A DNA stretch of 64,000 nt from Marsupella aquatica (Eukaryota; Plantae; Marchantiophyta). The position numbers and the translations under genes are program-made. Positions 37,796 to 49,509 of this stretch are shown piece after piece. The notes beneath the pieces are model-generated. The model made no database searches. It saw only the letters and a program-made list of their open reading frames with translations, and was not told the DNA's origin. The stretch covers positions 25,195,233-25,259,232 of the forward strand of contig OZ316892.1 in assembly GCA_973895155.1 (NCBI GenBank), given 5' to 3'. Within the stretch, counting starts at the first letter, position 1, and each line of letters starts with the position of its first letter.

Positions 37796-40700
37796 AATGG
37801 GATAGGGAGTTGAATCTGCACTATCGAGGAGGTATACTAGAGCGCGGCGACTGCGGGCACCCCATTCAACTTTTTTGAGTTTGGTTTTGTAGAGACGACG
37901 TTCATTGCTCCTGCAAACTCGATGCATTTTCTTTGTTGGTGGTGCTTTGTGAGTTGATACTCTATATGCATTCTTGCTACTTTATGGTGTGTTGAAGGTG
38001 GTGGGATCAAGGTGCAGGCGATGGCACGACCAGCAGCTGATTGATCCAGGGTGGGGGCACAGACTACTCATTCAAAATTTTCTGAGTTTAAGTTTTTGTA
38101 ACCGTGCTGCTGTGTGTTCAATGCGCTCATTGTTGTGTTTTCAATGTTGAGTGGTCAACTTTGTATTGGAACTTACCGACTACTACTTGCAGTGGATTGA
38201 TTTCTTGCTGCAATTGGCGGGGTCTTTTTCAAGGTGGACAAGTTCAAATCAAGCTGGCACGAGAGTTGATCAATGGCTTTATTCTATCTTGCTTCCATTC
38301 TTATTTAAGACAACAACACTGCTTTATGCTCATTCAAACCAAATGGAATGACATTGTTGGACTTTTTTTGATCCTGTGACCTCCTATTCAGTCATAATTG
38401 CAGGGCTGCATTGCTTTATGGAAGTGAAGGGAATGAGTGCTTTATGGGAGGAAGCAAAGTGATTGAGGATGTAAAACATGGAAGGACTGAGTCTAGACAA
38501 AGAGACTAGTGAGATGTTTCCTTGGACGAGCTTGAGGAGCCAGGGAACATTGAGTTTCTTTCTGATATACCTTCGCTTGTGGTCTAGGCAGGGCCGGATG
38601 GTGAAGAGAGCTCGAACGGGAGTTCCATTGCGCTTAGCGATCTTGGCTTGCAATCGGTTCCAGATCCCTTACTATCTGATGCTGGGAGAGGGGACGAGAA
38701 GCACCCGTCAGATCAGAACAACAAATGGGCATTGAAATGTGGTCACTGCTGCGTGCTGCTTTGAAGTGGGACATGTCGATTGCAATGGGAGACTTACCAT
38801 TAGAGAAACTTGATGTGCTCTTTAGTAATCATTTTTGCAGAGTTGTGAAGGTCAATGGTAGCACATATCCTAGTTCAACATTGATGAACATGATGAACAG
38901 TTTCAACCGTATCATTAAACGGTCAAGCAAACTCTCAGATCTGTCAGGGGACAAGGTAATCTGGTTGAGAAAGGATCTAATATCAACTCGCATCCCCTTT
39001 TTGCAAAGACACAGATGGTCCTGTGAGCTGCAGTGAAGAAATCGGCTCAAGATAGAGTGATTAAGAAAAGAAAAAAGGCATGATTGTTTTTTACCTTTCT
39101 TCTCCATCTTTGTTTGAGCTTCGAGTTGCTTGATTCTTTCTCTAGTTTCATAATCAAGATCTGTTATACAACATCTCATGTGTTTTCTGTGGTTCGCAAG
39201 CTGAGATAATCACGGAAAAATGGAGACAGCAGTTCTGGCAAACATCGACCATCAGATAACCAGTAGCCATGGATGCTACAAGCTTGGCATTCTATTTCTT
39301 GGTTTGGCTTGGGACTCGAGGTGGTGTAGATGTACAATCTGATGAGGAATGACATTCAGATATGTACAGACAAATCAGGATGAGAATATGTACCGTTAGG
39401 TGATTGAAGCTCTTTAGGATGCTATTAATATTGTAGTTTCTTGATTTGAGTTAGACATCTAACAAGATTTAAGTTGTTTTTTACAGTTTTGAAGAAAGAG
39501 AGAGCAAGAACAATTCGTACTCCCTTGATCGCTACAATGAAGAGTAATTCCGGAAATTGTTTTACAATTATGAGGATGATTTTGTCCTTTGTGTGAAGCA
39601 ATATTTGGGACATTTGCCTCCTCTGGAAGGTGACACGAAACCTGATCTTTTCATGGGGCCTACTACTAATCTTGTGGGCAATGTGTGGTACAACCGAAAG
39701 CATAAGGTTGCTCAAGATCATGCTGGAAAGTTGTTGAACAATATGCTGAGTCTGGTTGGATTACATGTGATCTGTTTTCTAATTAACCGTAGTGGAAGAT
39801 CCACTTTAGTCACTCGGATGGGCGCTAGAGGAGTATCAGATGAAGTGGGGATGATGATCAGTGGTCACCACACCAATAGTGGATACTCAAGGTATGATCA
39901 TACATAGGAGTTAAAAATGAATGCTGTTGTTCTTATTTCTGCTAACCCGAATGTGGATTATGAGAACACCTTAATGGAAGTGTCCAAGAAATTCGTGGAG
40001 GAGAAGGTTGTTGGAAACTTGGGTCAGTTGAAACCTCTGATTGATAATATCAACACAAAACCGAGCCTGCAATTGTCACTGATCCATCCAAGACATGAGG
40101 TAAGTTGGTGCTTCTTATGTTTTGCTGTTCGGGTTGTGTTTGGTGTTTTGTGTCTTGATGTCTTGATGTTCAAAACTGTTAAGTAATATACTTGTTGGTG
40201 ACAGGAATCGAGTGCTGGGAAAGCAAGTGAAGAACTTGCATCAAAAAAGATGAAAGACAAGTAGGTTTGTAGTGTCAAATTTTCAGTGAAATCTAGTTGA
40301 GTGTAATGTGTTTGTGATACTGATTACCTATTGCTTTCCTCACTGGTTTTACAGGAATAAGATCAGTCAAATGAACGAGTTCGCTCAATGGACCAAGAGA
40401 AAAGTTGCTTCAGTGGCCCAAGAAGTTTGATGAGGTAGACTGGATAGGAGAGATAACAAAGAACGACCCTGAGTTTGCAGCTCAAACATTTGGTGGAGGC
40501 CCCTCTAGTTCTAGTGTTTTTGTTGGTTATAGTGGGTCTGGCAATAGATTCAAAAATTGTACTATCACCTTGGTTGTGAAGGATGATAAGGAAAATAAAG
40601 CCCCAAAGGAGATCTCATGTAGTCTTCAATTACTTGTTACAGATTACAGAGTGTAGAACAGACCAGATTGATTGAGGGATTCACTATGCAATGATCCCTT

Positions 40701-40918
40701 CCATTTGAATAAAGTGTTCACTTTGATTCAGAGATTACAAAACTATGTAATGGCTGCCGTGGCTGGATTTTTCCGAATAAAGTTTCAAAAGATTAGTGAA
40801 CTGCTGTATACACTGGATTGAAATGTGAAATCACCAAGTCCCATTATTATTGTCTTTTAAGTTTCAAATGACTACGAAACCTCAACTCAGATGGTGATAA
40901 CGGCAGATTCAAATGGGA
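37796..40918 (+). mobile_element. Crypton-like tyrosine-recombinase DNA transposon (candidate boundaries)
   Basis: Encloses the YR pseudogene. Direct repeat AATGGGA at 37796-37802 and 40912-40918; inverted TTGAATCTGC (37810-37819) / GCAGATTCAA (40903-40912). Confidence 0.55.
38478..40656 (+). pseudogene. Crypton/DUF3504-type tyrosine recombinase, intron-containing, disrupted by stops and frameshifts
   Basis: Reconstructed: NNKWALK..LDVLFSNHFCRVVKVNGSTYPSSTL..FNRII..NINSHPLF..AAVKKS, then FYFLVWLGTRGG (R, 39317), ERESKN (K, 39506), LFMGP..NVWY, NRSGRST (H-x-x-R with H>R, 39788-39799), ISGH (39866), YSRYD (Y, 39893) and a C-terminal FKNCTI. Introns at about 39078-39200, 39395-39486, 40100-40204 and 40261-40354. 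Confidence 0.88.
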
Positions 40919-40969
40919 CTCTCGATCAAGGTTGACAGCATATTTGAAATGGATGGATGGTTGTAAACA

Positions 40970-41179
40970 CTAGCCCGATTATCCGTTCCTTGAACATAAA
41001 CAAATATGAAGAACAAAATCTCGCACAATAATATTTCTATGCTATTTCGTTAACCCTCATTTTAAGTGTTTTTTGATTGAGATTCATCACTTTTATCTCT
41101 ATTGGGGTTCCGGTCTAGAGGCTTCACTCTAGACCCTAGGCCCTTAAGAGTAGACTTTGTTTGCGCTTTTATAGTAAGA
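40970..41179 (-). mobile_element. Mini-Helitron-like element, copy 4 (best preserved, ~210 bp)
   Basis: Minus strand reads A|TCTTACTATAAAAGCGC ... atgttc-aag-gaacgg-ataatcggg-CTAG|T. This gives a 5' TC, a 3' hairpin 9 nt before CTAG, an A/T target and no TSD. Palindrome GGTCTAGAG-GCTTCA-CTCTAGACC at 41112-41135. Confidence 0.72.
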
Positions 41180-41315
41180 TTGGAGCCATTTTCTCAAGGA
41201 ATATGCTAATTTCGTAACCTAATTATGAGATTCGTAAGGCAATTATGAAATTCTATAACCCGATGATGAACTTCCGTACGGGGGCATTATGAAACTCCGC
41301 CGTGTCAGGCTGGAA

Positions 41316-42030
41316 ATTACGTATAGGGTAATGACGGCTTGGTCTTGGGTTACTAGTCTGTATCCCTGTGACCAGAAAGTGAGGAAATGTTGACCGACGG
41401 CAGCTGGGAAGTTTTTCTGAGCTTTGTGGGAACAGGTTTCAGACAGTAACCCCAGGCCAAGCCGTCATTATCATACGTAATACCTGCCCAGAAAAAAGAT
41501 TACCGGGAACACTTTCTCCGCATAGGGTTATGGAAATGGTGGCACCTAGTAGAAAAGGTTACACACCGATAACCTTGCTTCCTGATGAATTACGGGAAAT
41601 AGACACCTATGACAGAAAACTTCACAAGACGATAACCCATATACCAACCCTCTGTTGCGTATAGGGTAATGATGGCTTGGTCTTGGGTTACTAGTATGTA
41701 ACCCTGTGACCAGAAAGTGAGTAAATACTGACACTAGGAAGCCCGGAAGGTTTTTTGAGTTTTGTTTTCAGCTTTGTGGAAACAGGTTTGAGACAATAAC
41801 CCCAACCCAAGCCACCATTATCATACTTAATACCTGTCCGGAAAAAAGATGATGGGAACATTTTTTGGGCAGAGTATTATGGAAATGGTGGGTGGCACCT
41901 AGGAGAAAAGGTGGAAAAAAGATGATGGGGAACATTTTTTGGGCAGAGTATTATGGAAATGGTGGGTGGCACCTAGTAGAAAAGGTTAAGGTTACACAGG
42001 GATAACCTTGCTTCGTGACACGAATTACGA
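41316..42030. repeat. Tandem duplication (~340 bp) in which each unit holds a ~165-nt inverted-repeat hairpin
   Basis: attacgtatagggtaatgacggcttggtcttgggttact (41316) pairs with agtaaccccaggccaagccgtcattatcatacgtaat (to 41481). The second copy is at ~41658-41831. An extra ~73-bp duplication lies at ~41840-41987. Confidence 0.85.
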
Positions 42031-42310
42031 AGGGCCGAAGGAGGGCTAGCCGAGGGCGACGACTTCCCCTGCAGGAGGGAGGGAGGGCCTCAATCATAGT
42101 GAATCCACCTCCTTCGAAACCCCGAGGCCCACGCAGCCTCCGCTCGCCTCCGTAGCAGTAGTTCAATCTACTGTGTATTAGTCGTGTGGATTTGTGACGC
42201 GAGAATCAAGTTCCTAGGTCAAAAACTTGTTCGCGTGCACTGATGTGCCGACGCGAAAGGAGTTAAAGTTGCTGCCTGTTAGCTACAGAGGGGTTTTGTG
42301 GATCGACACT

Positions 42311-43483
42311 ATGGCCTACATTTCTTCAGAACCCGTGGATGTGACGCGATGGGTGATCTTCTACCCCATTTATATCAATTCTAAGAAAACGATTGCGGAA
42401 GGAAGGCGAATCAGCAGTAGCCAAGGTGTTGAGAATCCAAACGTGGCAGAAATTCACGACTGTTGCAATTATTTGAAGCTGCCCTGTCTCGTTGAGGTGT
42501 TCGTTCCCTTCTCTCATTGCTGTTTTCGTATTGAGTTCCATATGCTTTGATGGGTGTGTTAGGTTTGTTTTCCACGGTCAGCTCTTCTTCGATTATGACT
42601 TGAACCTTATTAAAGGAGCTATGGTGTTGAGATTCGAAATGTGGGCATGACCTCCCTGAATCACCTAAAGCCTCTCTGTCTGATTCTAGTGTGCCATTTC
42701 TCCTTCTTTCTCACTGCTGCATTACGAGTTCAATCCTCTGTGCTTTCATGCCTGCATTAGTGTTTTTGTGTTAGGGTTGCGTTTTGCTCGATTCCTGCTT
42801 GAAGTTCATTGACATAATTCCTAGCCATGCCTGACCGTCGCTTTGGATAGGTACTGAACAGTGTCTCAATTTTTGGCCCCCATTCATGTTTTTGTGTTAT
42901 GATGCCTCATTTATTAGTGGGATGCAAGTCCCAGCCCGACTGATCTTTCTCTCAAGCGAGCTACCGATCGCCGCCTCTTATTGATAAGTTTAGAGGACGA
43001 TTTACTTCCACTCAATCATGGATTAAATTCACTTTTATTTGAAATCGTACTTAAGCTGGAGCCGAGTAAGCTTAAGCTCATACCAATGTCGCTGTGTTAT
43101 TGCTGGGTGCAGCCTACGAAAGCCTACTCTAGGGATTTTATGCAAAGAGGACGAGTACGAGTTCAATTGAAGAGAGAGGATGGCCTTCCTATGAATTCAG
43201 CCGTTCCTACAAGTATGTCTTCCTTTATTCATTTACTGCACGGTAGCTGAATTCGACTTATAAAAGTATCGTCAACGTGAAGGTGCTTATCAATAGATAG
43301 ATGACCCAACTGATAGTCACCTGATGGGTGAAATCTGCAGGGAAGGCTCTTATGCTCAAGGTAGCTGAACTGATTCCCAAACATCAAGGCCGCGTGAACA
43401 AAAAAAGTGGAGATGCGTCTGCAGCTGCAGGGGCCAGTGCAACCGCAGGGAAATCTGGAAAGAGTGGGAAAAAGAAAAAATAG
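42311..43483 (+). CDS. SRP19: Signal recognition particle 19 kDa protein, 142 aa, 3 exons (42311-42496, 43113-43212, 43341-43483)
   Basis: WVIFYPIYINSKKTIAEGRRIS, ENP, KAYSRDFMQRGRVRVQLKREDG and a Lys-rich tail GKSGKSGKKKK. GT-AG introns are in frame (429 nt). Confidence 0.96.
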
Positions 43484-43649
43484 GTAAAACCTCCGTATGA
43501 AGCTTACTCACATGAACGTCAGTCAGTTTTCTCACTAACTTTGTGGATACTTTCACACATGTTAATTAATTTTTGGCGCTTCTTCAGTTATATCTAAGAG
43601 CGAAGATGTCCTTCAGACGTAGCGAAATTAAAGATTTGAATAACTAGAA

Positions 43650-44900
43650 CTTCTAAACTCCTTGCGTATCTAGATGGCGGAGGCGAACTAAGAGGTTGGT
43701 CTAAGAGTTGTTGAGCTGGAAGACAAGCTGTGGAAGGAGGACCGTGCATATGCGGGAAGATGGAGGTAGGGTAGTCGGACGAGGTGGATGAAAGCTGGGG
43801 ATGCACCTTCCAGCGTTTTGGCACTGATGGAGGTGAACCACGCTAAGGAGACGATCAAAGCTTTAAATTCCAGATGGCACCGTTTTTGACCGTAAGACAC
43901 TCATAATGGCTGAGCTACACACTAGGCAAAGTATCTTACTTCACATACCAAAGTGGATAGCACCAAATTGGAATAGGAGCGAGTATTAGAGCCTATTACA
44001 GCAAAGGTATTGGACCACGATAATGCCAATCTGGTAGTGGTTGCAACCGAAGAGGAGATAGACAAGATTGCGTCCGCTAACGAGAAGTCTCCTGGGCTGT
44101 ACGGGCTTATATATGAGATTTTACAGGAAGGATGGGGATTCATTAGCATGGCCTGCATTGACATGATCATGATCAGAGTACTTTCTATGAACGCAGCTCG
44201 AGGTGTGATATTACTCATATCAAAAGAGCCTCCGTCCATCTTTTCGACAGATTGGAGACCTTTGACGATGTTGTCCGTCCTATTGTACCGAAGCTAGTCG
44301 ATAAGCATCAAACCAGATTTTGCAGGGGAGAAAAATCTCAGATAACGGATTAGTCTTCAAATCTGGTAGTGATCGGTCAAGCTTACTAGGCAGCAAGCAA
44401 TATTTTTGACACTTGAGTTTTTGAAGGCACATGACCATGTATCTCACAAATTCTTGTGGGCTTGCTCACGGCCATGGCTTTCAGTCCCGTCTTTACTATA
44501 CGGTGAAAAGGGCTGGAGCTTATTTCAAGAGCAAAGATTCATGCAACTGGATTGCTTACATTGTCCTGTGATCTTTAGTATGAAGTTAGACAAGGTTGTC
44601 AATTAGAGCCATTACTATTTGCACTCGGCACTCGACCGCTGATGCTATTGTTCCAGAAGGAAAGTATCATCTCAAGGATCAAGGTAACTTAGCATTGTCA
44701 CGTGCAACATCCACTCAATGCATACAATACTACCAAATTCCTGCAGTCGAAGACTCAGATAACGTCGTAAAAGGAAGTGTTGAAACCAAGTAGGGCTGAA
44801 GGTCCCGGATAGAGTCTCAAAATTGGTGTAGATTTTTAAGTATTGTGACTGTGCTGTGGGGCTGTCAATTAAACCCGCACAAGTAACGAGGTTGTCTAAT
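43650..44900 (+). mobile_element. Decayed L1-type LINE ORF2 (RT) fragment
   Basis: WMKAGDAPS, KSPGLYG..YEI...W, GVILLISK, DWRPLTML, LEFLKAHDHVSHKFLW and RQGC motifs across broken frames. Boundaries are approximate. Confidence 0.8.
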
Positions 44901-46933
44901 AGGATTTGATCATTACCATCCAGACAGGATTGGTGACTTACTGCAATGTAGGCTAAGATCGACTTAACTCAAACATGGATGGGTTGGATCTGTCACACTC
45001 CTGGTCACACCTTCCTTCCGCAAAGCTTGTCAGCCCTTCTATCCTCATGCATGAGTAATACACACATCTGCAGACTGCATCTCTGTCCTCTCTTGGGTCT
45101 TGTATCCTCGTGCTCAATTGGTGGCCGCTTCTTTGCTCCAAGTGACGGCTGATCCTCTGCAGTGCTAATAGTGCTAGTCTTTGATCCTGCTTGATGATGG
45201 TGCTCCCATGCGCGCTCTTTCACCCAGTAGTGATCATTTGGCTCTGGTACTCAAAGTGACTTAGCCCTGAGCGTTGTGCGAGGGCGCATTACCAGTTTCA
45301 TCATGTATCTGCCGGCTGAGTACTTGACTAGGGCCCTAAAACCATCTCACCCTGTACAACCCACCTAATACACCATGAGTTGCCCGGTTGCCTGCTATTT
45401 CACCATTTACCTCGTCATTATACTCAAAATTGCACCTCGTCAATATACTTAAAAGGGCCCAATAAAAGACAATGGAGTACAAGCCAAAGAGACAAAAAGA
45501 GCACAAACCACCAAACTCAATGTAAGGGCAAAATCCTAGAAAGACTAAAAAAAATGCTCTACTCCAATTGTGCGATCCAACGGTCCACATCGAAACAGCC
45601 ATCATCATCGGATGTGGTGGTGAATCAACGGCTCAGAACCTTCGCCAAAGTGTTGCTCCGTCGTAAAGGTCATGAGTCTGGAGTGTTTAGTAAGGTAAGG
45701 TAGCTTTTGCCGTGAATGTAGTTTTGTATGCCATAAAGTAGGAGTGAGTCATCCTCGAGACTCGAGAGAAGCTCTTGATTTGCGAGGGAGGAAGCGGAGG
45801 AGGTGGGAGTTGAAGCAATCAACAGCAGGAGTGCGGCCTCGAGCTTTCCACTTTCCGGGCACTCGACAACAGTAGAGTGTGGCTTGTTAAAGCGTGATTT
45901 TTTTATTACTGTTTTTGTGCCCTTGGGTTCTACAAATCGTCATTCTCTCAGACCAGGACAGGAGTGTTCTACTGTGATAAGGAAGGAGATTGATGGAGGA
46001 TGGCGTGAAATAGATACAAGGATCCTTGTGAAATGGAGTGAATCTACAAAGAGCTCTCTGAATGCGATCCTTCGTTGATTGGAAAAAACTTTCTCAGGGC
46101 TGCATTGATCAGGGGAAAGAAAGGTTTTGGACAGCGGTTGGTGTGTGGTTTAATTTAGAGAAAGTTTGAGTGGAGGACTCTCTAGCTTCATGTTTTATTA
46201 AAGCAATTTAGGGCAAGTGCCAAAGTGGTCAAAATTTCCTATGATGGCGTTTGATGGCTAAAATTCGCGAAGGGAGAAGCTACTGAGGTTGAAGGTGAAG
46301 GGAAAGGGAAAGGGAAGGGAAGCAGAAAATTGCTACTGAGTAAACACAGAGAAGACCAAATTGAGCTTGTGGAAACGTCATTGGGTGGCTTGCTTAGTTT
46401 TGTCGCTCAGATGAGAGCTTAGAAGGGTTATCACTACATTCAGTAGTCTGCGAGGGCACTGCTCTTGTTTAAGATCTGCCGAAAGACCGGTTACCTCGAG
46501 GACGAACGTTAGAGGTCGCAGGTAAAATAGACGGGATTTAATTGGGATTGGGTGGGTGGATTTCAAGTCCGGGGCTTCACGAAAGTAGTTAAGGGTTTGT
46601 ACAAATCGATTAACGGGGCTGAAGAGCAGAGCACACGGAAGCAGAGAGATCTTTATTCGAGAGATTTGCACGAAAGCGGAGTAGGATCAGACCCAATTAT
46701 CGATGACATGCGGGCTGAAGTGATTCTTTCCACAATGACTTGTCCGGCCTGGTTGGCATGATACTCTCCTGAATTCTTCGCCGGAGTGTGCCATTCGCTG
46801 TCACGGTAGTCATTGCAACGGTTGGAAATTTTGCTAGGGGGTTAGAACTTCTGGACTGTCTAAGAGGGTTCAAGTAAGCCAGAGAAGGGCTTTCACCGAT
46901 AAGCAGTGGTAAGAATTTCTCGAGTGTCTATCA

Positions 46934-47470
46934 ATGGCTTGGGGCAATAATTGGGTAGTAAGCTGGTTACGCCAAAATGTAAGTGAGCCACTGGTTTCCG
47001 TCATGCAGAGGGGGGCAGAACCGAAGACACTGGCTATGTCTGCAGCTTTGGGAGTCACTCTGGGTATTTTTCCTATATATGGCGTGACAGCTTTGATGTG
47101 TGCTTGCGCTATTTGGATACTGGGATCTCGATGCAACGCGCCCACTATGTTGATTGCTAACCTTGTTGCGACTCCAGTGGAGCTAAGTTTGGTGGTTCCA
47201 TTCTTGCGTCTTGGAGAGGCTGTTGTTGGTGGAAGGCATCTACTGTTATCGAAAGACGCTCTCTGGAAAGCTGTGACTGGACAAGCCTCATGGGACGTGG
47301 TACTTGGTTTATGGCACGCCTTTCTGGGTTGGACTATCGCTTCACCTTTCATCATAGGTTTTCTATATGTCTTGCTGCTTCCGCTGATGAGAATCGCCAT
47401 TAAGAAATATGAGAACCTGCAGCCAGCTGAGAGCCACCTTACCCCTCTAGTGAAGGACCCAGACGTGTAA
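46934..47470 (+). CDS. DUF2062-like plant membrane protein, 178 aa, single coding exon
   Basis: EPL..MQRGAEPK.LA.SAALG.TLGIFPI.GVT...CNAPTMLIANLVATPVELSLVVPFLRLGE...LWHA.LGW, the pattern recalled for plant DUF2062 proteins. Confidence 0.9.
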   Translation: MAWGNNWVVSWLRQNVSEPLVSVMQRGAEPKTLAMSAALGVTLGIFPIYGVTALMCACAIWILGSRCNAPTMLIANLVATPVELSLVVPFLRLGEAVVGGRHLLLSKDALWKAVTGQASWDVVLGLWHAFLGWTIASPFIIGFLYVLLLPLMRIAIKKYENLQPAESHLTPLVKDPDV

Positions 47471-49397
47471 TGCTCTTATCCCTTGTCACTTCCCACCACC
47501 AATGTCTGTTTGTTCAATGTTCTGTTTCCCAGCAAGTACAACTGGAATACGTATGCACTTTCTTCGCTGTTCAGATGAGGTCCGGAGTCTGGACCCAATC
47601 ACATTACGGCTGTCCGATTGTTCTTTGAGAGTCGATGACGCTCAGGCTGTCTCTTCTCGTGTCGCTTATTTTGGAGCAGATCAAACAAGCTTTAAAACTT
47701 CGTGGCGGGTTAATGATGCTTGAAATATAGGTTTTCCATTCGAGTTACAATTCTAGTGCTAATGTTGTAAGTTAGCTGCTCGAAGGGTCACTCTGGCCTT
47801 CTGAATTTTTGCTTACAACTGTTTAGAATAGAATTTCCGGATAAATGGGTTTTTCGCGACGTTGGCCATTTAAGTAATGGGAACATTGTCAATCTAAGGA
47901 ACTCATCTGGTCTTATCGATTTAACACGTGTTGATCCCTGGTATACCCTACAGGCTTTCTCCTGAAGTCTGTCTGATTTGTATGTTTGTGAAAGTTAATC
48001 AGCTTCCTATCTAATCTACAGGTTTGATGTTTAGGGACGAGAGCACGGAGTAGACGGGCCGGAGCAAGTTTTGGTGGACATCAGATTATAGATTGATAAT
48101 TTGAGGCCTGACATCTATTTCAATTTTAGTGCACTAATCGTTCATGACGCCGCCCGGTTGCCAATTTCTGATACATCTTCTAACTCGGGGTTTGGCGTGC
48201 CCTTTGTGTCATCCAGACCGGTGATTGTGGTTGTAAGGTTTCCCCAATGCATTCAGTTAGGCACAGATCTGATAATTTCATCTCTGAACCTTGTGACCAG
48301 AATGATACTAAGACTACTAAAAAAGGGCAGTCTTCTGGAGCGTCTTTAATAGTGGTCAGCCTCTCAAGTGATTGAGAGACACAATGGGCCTCTGTACAGT
48401 AGAGATTGGAAAAGCCTTGTATACCAGATATCGGATGTTCTAAAAGATTTAGGCCATACCGTCAGGTACTAGTTTAGTCAAAAGTTTTACTTCTGTCAAT
48501 ATAGGACAGTGTTCTTGAAGATATACATGTAGGTCAGGAATCTTTGGTCTCTGCGCAGCAGGAATAAGGAGTTTCTTGCAGACTTTCCTTAGCTGGATCC
48601 AGAGGGTTTTTTGTATGAAAGGATGAAGGTGGGACAGGAAACCTGAGATAGACGGAATCAAATCGTTGTATAGTCTAGCCTGTCGATGTAGGATATCGCC
48701 AGGGAATACGTAATTTGAGAAACATGAGAAGAAATCCCCAGAGTTGTGCTTGGTTTGATGGAATCAGTTGGACAGATTGTCACTGTAGGCTTTGATACTC
48801 GAATTTTCCTCTTTACTAGATGAGGTTTTATTTGGGAAAGGGCCCGGATTAAACGGAGGCAGCTTTTTCTTAGTGCCACAAATTGTGGCAGCTATGCAAA
48901 TGATATTGTCTAAATGCACTACCTTTTGGCATCCCCTCGTGAGTTCGTTGTTGTCTTTACGAGCTGGCATGGCGAGTATTTTCAGGGTATATGTGGCTAC
49001 CTCTGCTCAAATGTGAACTCGGGCTAGGATGTGATGAATGGATGCTAGGCTCTTCGTGTTTTCTTTTACAGATGCTAAAGAGAAGATTGGTCTTTAGTTT
49101 TGATTGGAGATTGTGTCATTGATTTCACAATAGAGTGATAACTGTAGGGTCCTAAAACTCAGAGAAGATCTGCTATTCTATCCAGGAGCAGGACAATGAG
49201 TCTGATAAAGGCTGTGACAGTGATTTTAATAGTGACCGGTTTTCTTCTCTTGGTTTCTTTGTGTTATTGAGAAAAGCTATGTCACGGAGTTGCAAGGGGC
49301 TGTTTCCTCCTTGTATTTAGCTGCCTCTTGTCTCGAATGAGTTATATTTCGCCTCATTGTGGGATGCTATCACCATTAGTCCAAACGGGGGAAGCTG

Positions 49398-49509
49398 AAA
49401 ACTACCATGATGGTTACCATCACCTTTGGAATCCCACGATAAAACTTCTGAAACCAACCCTGATGGTTACCATCACCCTTGTAATCCCACGATAAAACTT
49501 CTGAAACCA
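49398..49509. repeat. 53-bp tandem duplication with palindromic core
   Basis: tgatggttaccatcacc.ttg.aatcccacgataaaacttctgaaacca at 49408 and 49461. Confidence 0.9.

Noticed and set aside
37837-41179. A single 3.3-kb Helitron that captured the YR gene (A|CTAG plus GC-rich stretch at 37837)
   Set aside because: A more canonical 3' end (hairpin + CTAG|T) lies at 40970 and matches the copy at 20518, so the Helitron is only ~210 bp. Read-through capture is not excluded but is unsupported.
45340-46650. Possible minus-strand LINE 3' relic
   Set aside because: Composition is suggestive but no diagnostic motif could be read.
48050-49300. Possible decayed retroelement ORF on the minus strand
   Set aside because: Frames are broken and no RT/endonuclease motif was recognised.
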